DNA of 64,000 nt. Origin: an uncultured virus (IMG/VR IMGVR_UViG_3300009187_000024). Lineage: Duplodnaviria > Heunggongvirae > Uroviricota > Caudoviricetes. Each line of letters begins with the position of its first letter. The first letter of the stretch is position 1. The DNA is taken from the IMG/VR virus record IMGVR_UViG_3300009187_000024; one strand, given 5' to 3'. This document shows, piece after piece, positions 56,889-64,000 of this stretch. Made by a program: the position numbers and the translations under genes. Under the pieces are notes generated by a model, which made no database searches, was not told the origin of the DNA, and was given only the letters and a program-made list of their open reading frames with translations.

Positions 56889-57736
56889 ACAAAGTCTCCG
56901 ATATTTTCCATGAGATTCTTTAGTCGATTAGCAATAAAATAATCCATCAGCTTGTTGGGCTTCTTACCAAGCTGTTCCCCATAACTTTCGAGAATCTTAT
57001 CAGCGATATGTTCGGGAATCTTAGTCAGGTCAATCAGTTGCTCATTGCGCTTGTAGTTACGCAGCATCAACTCCGTACAGAAACGCTCTGGCTCTTGATT
57101 GATCCATACTTCGAGCTTCTTAGAACTGATGGGTTTCTGACGTTCACCAACAACCAGACAGTTATCAGGGCTGAGGAAGTTGGGAACTCCATCGCCTGCA
57201 TCACCCTTGATAATATGTTCCTTGAGGAACTGTTCTGGGTTGTTATGAGTGACGAACTTCTTCAGTACAGGATTATACTGACGAACGTTGAGGTAACGCT
57301 GGAGCTGAACGAAGTCTTTGTCACCAGACAGAATGAGAATCTTCTCATAGTCACCGAATTCGCGACAAAGTGTACCGATGACATCATCAGCCTCTGCAGT
57401 TTCAACATCAATAACACGATAGGGAAAAACGAGCTTGAGTTCCTCACGAATCTTGTGCAAACAATCGAAGATTGCCTTCCAATCAAGCTCGGAAGTCTCT
57501 CGGTTCTTCTTGCGATTCGCTTTGTAATATGGGAACAGCTGTCGACGCCAATAGTTTTTGTTATCGCAAGCGATAATCAACTCGCCGTATTCTTCTCCGA
57601 ACTTAGCCTTGAAAGATCGGATAGAGTTTAGGACCATATGGCGAACCATACTTTCCTCAATTTCCGCGTTGGTATGGTTACCAAGTTGAACCATAATATT
57701 GCTAAGCATAACCTGAGAAAGATCAAGAATAATCAT
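56885..57736 (-). CDS. rnh: T4-type RNase H (5'-3' exonuclease)
   Basis: YWRRQLFPYYKANR, EADDVI, SGDKDFVQL, GDAGDGVPN. Confidence 0.93.
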   Translation of the reverse strand: MIILDLSQVMLSNIMVQLGNHTNAEIEESMVRHMVLNSIRSFKAKFGEEYGELIIACDNKNYWRRQLFPYYKANRKKNRETSELDWKAIFDCLHKIREELKLVFPYRVIDVETAEADDVIGTLCREFGDYEKILILSGDKDFVQLQRYLNVRQYNPVLKKFVTHNNPEQFLKEHIIKGDAGDGVPNFLSPDNCLVVGERQKPISSKKLEVWINQEPERFCTELMLRNYKRNEQLIDLTKIPEHIADKILESYGEQLGKKPNKLMDYFIANRLKNLMENIGDFV

Positions 57737-57748
57737 TGTATACGAGCC

Positions 57749-58126
57749 TTAGCTCTTTCCTTCCTTTGGTGTGATCACAATCTTAACTTTGTCTGAAACT
57801 TCTAGATTACCATCTTCATCGACTTGATCGAAAAGATTCTCTGCAATCAGCTGTAATGGATGAGGCAAACCAGAAACTTTACAAAGAAAAGACCTGGCAG
57901 CTTCTACAATCAAAGCTCCATGCTTCATATATTTTTCTTCGTCATCTTCGTCAGGTTGAAATCCAGCAACCGAAAAGCTCTCGAACAATCTAGGAACTAC
58001 AAGCTCGAGGGTTTCCTGAATGTAAACTTGGCGAACCATATCAAGATTGTCCACGACTTCCTCAATTGTTTGAGGACCACGGACATTCTTTCCAGGAAAC
58101 ACGATGATATTATTTGCAGCATCCAT
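57749..58126 (-). CDS. Hypothetical protein
   Basis: NIIVFPGK N-terminus, HPLQ motif; follows a promoter. Confidence 0.65.
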   Translation of the reverse strand: MDAANNIIVFPGKNVRGPQTIEEVVDNLDMVRQVYIQETLELVVPRLFESFSVAGFQPDEDDEEKYMKHGALIVEAARSFLCKVSGLPHPLQLIAENLFDQVDEDGNLEVSDKVKIVITPKEGKS

Positions 58127-58132
58127 AAGCTT

Positions 58133-58161
58133 ATTATACCTGATTTTTTTTTATTAGTCAA
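58133..58161 (-). promoter_or_regulatory. Sigma70 promoter
   Basis: TTGACT-17 bp-TATAAT, about 6 nt before the ATG, implying a leaderless or near-leaderless mRNA. Confidence 0.8.
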
Positions 58162-58168
58162 GGACTAT

Positions 58169-58753
58169 TTAGAGTTTTAGATTATTTCCCTGAATCGAAT
58201 GATCTGTTCTAATCTTTTGAACAAGAGAATGTAAGATCATCATATGAGTGTCTTCTACAATTCCGTAGTTATTTGCATCAACATGAATCACCACGTCCGC
58301 CAGGTGATCCTCCAAAACTTTTCCTCCATCAAACCCCACGAGAGCGATCGTCTTCGCTCCAATAGAGTTGGAAAATTGTAGCCCACGCGTAATATTCGTG
58401 GAATTACCGCTAGAAGAAACTGCTATAGCGAGGGACGGTCTATGGTAAGAGATTTGATCCTGAAAGATATTGAGGTAACTCATATCATTAGCCAGAGCAG
58501 TCAATAGAGGACCATTGCTTGTAAGGCTCGTACACTTCGGTTTTAGATCAGTATCCGAGCGAACACCTTTTACGAAGTCAGCACAGAAATGATCAGCGAT
58601 AGCGGCAGATCCTCCGTTACCGAAGATTACTACGTTGTCCATATTTCTCAGAAGCAGCGCATATGCTTCATCAATCTTTGGTTGATCTACAGCCATAGCT
58701 GCTGCGTAAAGTTTTACAGCGTAATTGGAAAAAGAATTTGATGCAGATATCAT
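58169..58753 (-). CDS. gmhA: Phosphoheptose isomerase (SIS domain)
   Basis: GNGGSAAIADHF, TALAND, SSSGNS.N, GFDGG, VEDTHM..LH. Confidence 0.88.
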   Translation of the reverse strand: MISASNSFSNYAVKLYAAAMAVDQPKIDEAYALLLRNMDNVVIFGNGGSAAIADHFCADFVKGVRSDTDLKPKCTSLTSNGPLLTALANDMSYLNIFQDQISYHRPSLAIAVSSSGNSTNITRGLQFSNSIGAKTIALVGFDGGKVLEDHLADVVIHVDANNYGIVEDTHMMILHSLVQKIRTDHSIQGNNLKL

Positions 58754-59736
58754 AATGTTACAGCTGTGCTTCCCTGATCTGTAAAGTTGAAATTGAATCT
58801 TTTGTATTCGCGCATCGCGAGAGAAACTGATCCTCGACTAGATTCTGGAACGTAGAATAGCATATAGCCACCACCACCAGCACCAAGTAACTTACCACCG
58901 AGCGCACCAGCACTTATACCTCTCTGATACATGAAATCAATATCAGAGTTTGAGATTTTGTTTGATAACTTCTTTTTGGTTTTCCAGGCTTCGTCTAACA
59001 AAGCTCCGAAGTCATCGATCTTGTTTTTTACCAGATAACCGAGTGCCTGTTTAGCGAGGTATACCAATCTGGTTGTATTATCGAACGCGTCAACATCGTT
59101 ACTGATGTTATTGACCTGATCAGAAAGGATATCCGTGGTGTTTCTACTTATGCCTGTAGAATAACACATAAGGTTGTCATTCAACTTACGAAGAACTGAT
59201 GCCCCAATATTAAGCGGAGTAACTTCAACTCCGGATGAATCGAACCGGATAACGTTGAACCCACCATATGCTGCTGCATACTGATCTTGCTTGCCAATTG
59301 GTTCGTCGCAGAGATCGATTTCAATCTCACAAGCAGCCTCCGCAAGATCTCTCTTGTTATGAAGTAGAACCTTATGAGCATACAACGCTTTCAACAACCC
59401 TACGGTGAAAGTCGAAGAAGAACCAAGACCCGTACCCTTTGTAGGAACATCGGAGAAACTACAAATCTCGATGTTGTTTTTGATATTGAAATATTTTAAG
59501 GCTTCTCTGATACGATTGTGTCTTAACTGTTCAACCTTGTCAACAACTTCCATTTCTGAATAGACAGCTCTAATGTGATTAGTTTGACACTTGTTTAGAG
59601 CAATCTGTATATTCTTATCGATGGTAGTCGAAATGACCATCCCAGGATTTTTAGTGACACATTGATTGTAATACTGTGGAATATCTGATCCCCCTCCGAA
59701 GAAACTAACTCGGAGGGGTGTTGTTGATACTATCAT
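58750..59736 (-). CDS. hddA: D-glycero-alpha-D-manno-heptose-7-phosphate kinase (GHMP family)
   Basis: PLRVSFFGGGSD, GTGLGSSS, GKQDQYAAAYGG, GGKLLGAGGGG. Confidence 0.88.
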   Translation of the reverse strand: MIVSTTPLRVSFFGGGSDIPQYYNQCVTKNPGMVISTTIDKNIQIALNKCQTNHIRAVYSEMEVVDKVEQLRHNRIREALKYFNIKNNIEICSFSDVPTKGTGLGSSSTFTVGLLKALYAHKVLLHNKRDLAEAACEIEIDLCDEPIGKQDQYAAAYGGFNVIRFDSSGVEVTPLNIGASVLRKLNDNLMCYSTGISRNTTDILSDQVNNISNDVDAFDNTTRLVYLAKQALGYLVKNKIDDFGALLDEAWKTKKKLSNKISNSDIDFMYQRGISAGALGGKLLGAGGGGYMLFYVPESSRGSVSLAMREYKRFNFNFTDQGSTAVTL

Positions 59737-60719
59737 GTGCTATATTTGAACATCTTCTTAGGGATGCCTCTGGAACCGACTGGATACTGTTCCTTTAGAG
59801 AAGTAAGCATGTCCTGCCACTGACGAGCGATCTTGTTTATGTTGAATCGATTGTCGGCGTAGGACTTCACATAACGTAGGTAGTTCTGTGTACTTCCTTC
59901 ATGAACAACGCTGATAGCTTGGTCTAGAAGATGATAGAACTTATTGGCATGAACATTTGCATTTTCTTCGAACTGATACATTGAAGTCAGATTACCGGAA
60001 GTATCAGAAAGACCAGCAAGGTTAGGGTGCAGACAAAGAGCGCCAGCACTCATTGATTCAATAAGAGCTCGGCTATTACATTCTTGCCAAATAGAAGGAT
60101 ACGCAAAGATGTGAGCCTTCTGTTGAGCTTCTCTGACTACTTCGTTAGGAGCGAACCCATGATAAGTGATCTGTGGATGATTCTTACAGGTTTCAAATAA
60201 TTCCTTGAATTGTTCGTCCGCTCCATCCCATCCGTAGATTGAGAAACTTGAAAACACGTCGAGATGGATATTTTTTCTGTGCTTCGCGAGCTCCACGAAA
60301 ACTGGTACGAGAAGAGCCAATCCTCTTTGAGGAGTGCTTGTGTAGATGAGTCTGACTTCATCCTTGCTCTTTTCCTTATACTCAATTGGCTCAATCGGAG
60401 TGTCAATAACTGCGCACTTATCGTTCGACGGAATACTCAAAGTGTTAAGGTATTGATTGTATTGCCAGTGACCACAAAAGACCATCTTATGAAAACGGTC
60501 TCGGCTGGCAGTATCCTTTAGATGATTGGTTTCTGGATCCTGGGGAAGATCGTGCAACCAATACACTCTAATCTTGTCTTCCTCAATATTTCTAACTCTA
60601 GAGCAGATAATCTGAAACTCGTCAGCTAGACCCTCTGGCATACGCGCGGCGATCGCGCGCTTAACCATTTCAGTTCCACCAAAAGACTTGGTAGAGATTT
60701 CATTTTCCTCGAACGCCAT
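59733..60719 (-). CDS. Glycosyltransferase, GT-B (GT4-like)
   Basis: GGTE, WLHD, YTSTPQRGL, YPSIWQE.......E.MSAG. Confidence 0.85.
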   Translation of the reverse strand: MAFEENEISTKSFGGTEMVKRAIAARMPEGLADEFQIICSRVRNIEEDKIRVYWLHDLPQDPETNHLKDTASRDRFHKMVFCGHWQYNQYLNTLSIPSNDKCAVIDTPIEPIEYKEKSKDEVRLIYTSTPQRGLALLVPVFVELAKHRKNIHLDVFSSFSIYGWDGADEQFKELFETCKNHPQITYHGFAPNEVVREAQQKAHIFAYPSIWQECNSRALIESMSAGALCLHPNLAGLSDTSGNLTSMYQFEENANVHANKFYHLLDQAISVVHEGSTQNYLRYVKSYADNRFNINKIARQWQDMLTSLKEQYPVGSRGIPKKMFKYST

Positions 60720-61692
60720 TACGATACTCCCACGCAGATTTGATCATTATGTCTAAGTCATAGTGTTTATACTGGTATTGAAACCCAGTTGTTCTTATAA
60801 ATTTGTTAGGATTTGCGACTAGGAACGGCGGATCGCCTACTCTCCTAACACCGACTCTGTATTCAACTTTCCTACAAAGGTTGTTGAACATCTCGACGAT
60901 ATCTAGAACGGAGGTTCCTGTTTCGGTTCCTAGATTGAACTTCAAGGAACAAGGATCCTTGTCGTCGCTAAGGTATTTATCAGCGTGGATTAGAGCTCTA
61001 CAAACATCGACAACATGTAAGTAGTCTCGAACACAAGTACCATCTCTGGTGTCATAGTCGTCACCATGAATAACAAACGGTGTATCGCCCATTATGGCTT
61101 TGTCACAAAGTTTGTTGATGATGTGGGGAGTATCTGGTTGCTGCCCAACGTCGCCATAAGCACCAATGACGTTGAAGAATCTAAACGAAGCTACTCTCAA
61201 TTTTTTGACTTCGTAGCAAGCATCAATCATCTGCTCACACCAGAGCTTCGAAAGACCATAGTTGTTCGGGGGGCTGATTCTACTTGCTTCAGTTACAACC
61301 TTATCAGTTTCATCGTAAACCGCTGCTGTGCTTGCAAAGATAAGTTTATGTGTAGGCTTCAAATTTTGTAGAAGTTTGAGAGTCTTAGATGTGTTGTTCT
61401 CGAAGTATTCAAGAGGTAAATACGCGCTAGGTCCCAGTAAGCTACTCGCAGCAAGATGAAAGACAGTTGCTTCGGGATAATCTTTGAATACTTGCCTCGC
61501 GGGAGCGCTGGAAAAACAGTCGCCAAGGAACTCATCACAATACTTTGTTCTTGTCTTGTTTGTCATCCAACATTTTAGCGCATCGGGGTCGTTGTCAATT
61601 CCGACAACGTAGTAGTCATTTTCTTTTAGGAATTTAGTAAGAACTGAGCCGATATAACCAAACGACCCAGTTACTATAGCTACAGGTTTCAT
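60700..61692 (-). CDS. galE: NAD-dependent epimerase (GalE-like SDR)
   Basis: VTGSFGYIGS, YGLSK, RFFNV.GA, DGTCVRDYLHV.D. Confidence 0.85.
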   Translation of the reverse strand: MKPVAIVTGSFGYIGSVLTKFLKENDYYVVGIDNDPDALKCWMTNKTRTKYCDEFLGDCFSSAPARQVFKDYPEATVFHLAASSLLGPSAYLPLEYFENNTSKTLKLLQNLKPTHKLIFASTAAVYDETDKVVTEASRISPPNNYGLSKLWCEQMIDACYEVKKLRVASFRFFNVIGAYGDVGQQPDTPHIINKLCDKAIMGDTPFVIHGDDYDTRDGTCVRDYLHVVDVCRALIHADKYLSDDKDPCSLKFNLGTETGTSVLDIVEMFNNLCRKVEYRVGVRRVGDPPFLVANPNKFIRTTGFQYQYKHYDLDIMIKSAWEYRNGVRGK

Positions 61693-62291
61693 CTCTTCAG
61701 ATACACCGCATTGATAGATGTCATACGACCAAAGTTTTCAAGCGGATCAACTCGCGTGAAACCATGGTCATTATGTAAAGAATCCCACCAAGGTTCATCC
61801 TTTAGTGTAACGTGATATCCTTCATCTGGGAATGTAGCAATACCAACAGTAAAGATACCACCTTGCTTTAGGTGATTATTGATGTTTGTAAGTACTTGAA
61901 CCAAGTCGGCTTCATGAATGTGTTCAAGCACATCGAATGCCGAAATAACATCAAACTCGATACGATTACCTTCGTCGTCTAGAACTTCAAATGGTTTGGT
62001 GATATCAGCAGTGAACAGATTATTCGGAATCTTTGGCCATTCGCCATGTTCATTCTTTCTGCCATAATCACTACCTTCGATACCAACAGCAAGAATATCA
62101 TTCTTCAAGAACTGAGAAACAAACCCACCACCAGCACAACCAAGATCCATGTAACGCATATCAGGTCCAAACCTACGGATAAGTTCTCTCACATATGCGC
62201 CATTTTTAGTATTATCTTGTTTTGTGCCATTAGGAACGATGTGATCATGACTCTCGTAAGCAATCGGGAAATCAGTAACAACTCTAACCAT
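61689..62291 (-). CDS. Class I SAM-dependent methyltransferase
   Basis: MDLGCAGG, FDVISAFDVLEHI. Confidence 0.85.
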   Translation of the reverse strand: MVRVVTDFPIAYESHDHIVPNGTKQDNTKNGAYVRELIRRFGPDMRYMDLGCAGGGFVSQFLKNDILAVGIEGSDYGRKNEHGEWPKIPNNLFTADITKPFEVLDDEGNRIEFDVISAFDVLEHIHEADLVQVLTNINNHLKQGGIFTVGIATFPDEGYHVTLKDEPWWDSLHNDHGFTRVDPLENFGRMTSINAVYLKR

Positions 62292-62691
62292 TTTTAATTC
62301 TTCTCCTCAATTCAGAACTACTCCAAGTGTGATATCTCGGAATCAAAATAATCTCTATGTTTCGTTCTCTACAAATTTCCATACCAGTGTAAGATCTGAA
62401 AGCGTAATCTGAACCTATGAATCTTTTATTGATATTCGCGGTTGATAAAAAATTCACTAGATCTAACTCCGTGTCATACGGAAAGATATCGTTGACAGCA
62501 TTCAGAGCGCCTAGCTGAATGTGTCTTTCTAAAGTAGACTGCACGGGTTTGTTCTTTTCCGGACGATCAATAGTTGGGTCAGTATGCAACCCAACAACCA
62601 AATAGTCACATTGTTTCGCGGCACTATTCAAAAGATGAACGTGACCGGGATGTAGTAGGTCAAATGCGCCGCAAGTGAATCCTACTACCAT
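62284..62691 (-). CDS. Cytidylyltransferase (TagD/RfaE-II-like)
   Basis: GAFDLLHPGH, LVVGL, GSDY, SSSELRRRI. Confidence 0.85.
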   Translation of the reverse strand: MVVGFTCGAFDLLHPGHVHLLNSAAKQCDYLVVGLHTDPTIDRPEKNKPVQSTLERHIQLGALNAVNDIFPYDTELDLVNFLSTANINKRFIGSDYAFRSYTGMEICRERNIEIILIPRYHTWSSSELRRRIKNG

Positions 62692-63074
62692 CAGTTAGTT
62701 TCCATAGTAGCCTGACGCTTCAGGAAAGCTCGACGTAGAGACTTCGCGTCAAAATACTTCACAATCAAATCTTCTACGATACGTTCGTCGAATGTCTTAC
62801 AGCTGAACACATCGAGGTAAATCTCTCGATCCTGATTAGCGAAATGCGCGCAGATATTGCTAGTTTCAATCAGCTGAACAAGGCTGTAGCCTTCCTTGTT
62901 ACCAGTACCGAATTTAACAATCTGTGGTTCGCCATACGCAACCATGTCAATATCATTGACAAGCTGCTTATTGAAATTGTAGATATTGTCATAGCTGGTC
63001 ATCTTCTCGATGTCACAACCAGCGGCATCCACGATAGCGTGATAACCCCAGTAACGTTCACTCATTCCATTCAT
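62691..63074 (-). CDS. speD: S-adenosylmethionine decarboxylase proenzyme
   Basis: GYH...D, QLIETSNICAHF (pyruvoyl cleavage site), YLDVFSCK. Confidence 0.85.
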   Translation of the reverse strand: MNGMSERYWGYHAIVDAAGCDIEKMTSYDNIYNFNKQLVNDIDMVAYGEPQIVKFGTGNKEGYSLVQLIETSNICAHFANQDREIYLDVFSCKTFDERIVEDLIVKYFDAKSLRRAFLKRQATMETN

Positions 63075-63079
63075 TCCTT

Positions 63080-63355
63080 CTAGTAAGCACCCTTGACTTC
63101 GCAGTAAAAAACAGAATCAATTCGGAAAGAACGCCAACCGTTCTCGCCCAGATCCCAAACTGCGATAACGTCGGGATTTTCTTTATGGAAAGTCTTCTCT
63201 TCAGTTTGCTCTTCGAGACTACGCTGGTAGCTCTCCGGTAACATATGTTTCTGAAGAGTGCAACGCATGATGCGATTCTCTCCATTAGCCTTTGTGAAAT
63301 GAACTTCAAGCACTTGGCTACGAAGATCCTTCAGCAAGGTGTCACGCTGGTACAT
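63080..63355 (-). CDS. Conserved T4-like WYL/SH3-like protein
   Basis: VHFTKANGENRIMRCTL...VWDL...GWRSFR. Confidence 0.75.
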   Translation of the reverse strand: MYQRDTLLKDLRSQVLEVHFTKANGENRIMRCTLQKHMLPESYQRSLEEQTEEKTFHKENPDVIAVWDLGENGWRSFRIDSVFYCEVKGAY

Positions 63356-63365
63356 AATATAGCTC

Positions 63366-63620
63366 CTAACCGTTCAATTGAATCTGAGAATCATTTATAG
63401 AATTCAGATGTTCCCTAAGCTGAGTATAACCCCCAATATACATACCGTCAAGCACTATTATTGGAAAAGACTTAGCTTCCGGGAACTTTTCTAGGATTTG
63501 TTCTCTTGAGAAATGTCTACCAAGTTTATGTTCGCTGTAAAGAATTTGTTTGTCCCATAGAGCAATCTTAGCCCTCTGACAATATGGACAATCTTCTTTC
63601 GTATATAGCTCGACGAACAT
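63366..63620 (-). CDS. nrdC: Glutaredoxin
   Basis: CPYC, SFP, YIGGY. Confidence 0.88.
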   Translation of the reverse strand: MFVELYTKEDCPYCQRAKIALWDKQILYSEHKLGRHFSREQILEKFPEAKSFPIIVLDGMYIGGYTQLREHLNSINDSQIQLNG

Positions 63621-63994
63621 CAGCTGATTGTTTCCATAGCAGCCGCGCGAAGAGTAGTATATACAGCGTCTCCGTCGCTCAGACTCCGAAAGTAATTCGA
63701 ATATTTGTCAACAGCTTCTGTTTCGTGGGTAGCCTGAACCAGACGGAACTGCTTTGCTACAACCGAACCTCTACCTAACTCCCGTGGTGACATCTGCACT
63801 TCACCTTCAACAAGATAAAGTTTCGGTTGTCCGATTAAAGCATCAGACCGCTGAACTTGAGATGTTAGAATCGGGCTTGGTAGCGGTTCTGATGGAGGAA
63901 CCATCAGCGCAGCATCTTGAGTCGATAAAGTCCAGGCTGGTTGCTCGTTCCTTACAACTGTATACGCAGTATTCTGATACGAATTATCAAACAT
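63620..63994 (-). CDS. Hypothetical protein (the frame may extend beyond the window)
   Basis: 124-aa ORF coupled to glutaredoxin. Confidence 0.55.
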   Translation of the reverse strand: MFDNSYQNTAYTVVRNEQPAWTLSTQDAALMVPPSEPLPSPILTSQVQRSDALIGQPKLYLVEGEVQMSPRELGRGSVVAKQFRLVQATHETEAVDKYSNYFRSLSDGDAVYTTLRAAAMETIS

Positions 63995-64000
63995 TCCATC

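Noticed and set aside
57008..57631. 207-aa plus-strand ORF and similar antisense ORFs (e.g. 146-478, 9430-9840, 42390-42866)
   Set aside because: They lie antisense to clear genes and lack SD sequences or motifs.

Overview
This window is part of a large T4-like (Tevenvirinae/Kyanoviridae-type) myovirus genome. The host is probably a GC-rich Alphaproteobacterium, inferred from tRNA style and codon usage. Bases 1-31.5 kb (minus strand) hold tail fibres, DUF4815/VrlC-like proteins and the baseplate genes (gp8, gp7, gp6, gp25, PAAR, a split gp5, hub, gp53, gp48). Bases 31.6-40.4 kb (plus strand) hold gp4, gp2, gp54, gp26/gp51 with a likely -1 frameshift, a holin, and two paralogous Pro/Ala-rich proteins carrying lysozyme and M15 peptidase domains. 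Bases 40.5-44.2 kb hold gp32, gp59, gp33 and a tRNA cluster: Arg-UCU, Ile2-CAU, a long-variable-arm Ile-UAU and an unannotated ~129-nt structured RNA. Bases 44.2-52.5 kb are a hypervariable early region built from repeated sigma70-promoter cassettes that diverge at ~49.3 kb. Bases 52.5-64 kb hold an exonuclease, dCMP deaminase, stand-alone IleRS zinc-finger and release-factor GGQ mini-proteins, PhoH, RNase H, a heptose/sugar-nucleotide cluster (GmhA, HddA, GT4, GalE-like, methyltransferase, cytidylyltransferase), SpeD and glutaredoxin. The leading hypotheses are (1) phage-encoded glycosylation of virion proteins that are very rich in N-X-S/T sequons, (2) an isoleucine-centred translation toolkit, and (3) a G/GT-type frameshift at gp26-gp51. 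All family calls come from motif recognition by eye; no database searches were run.
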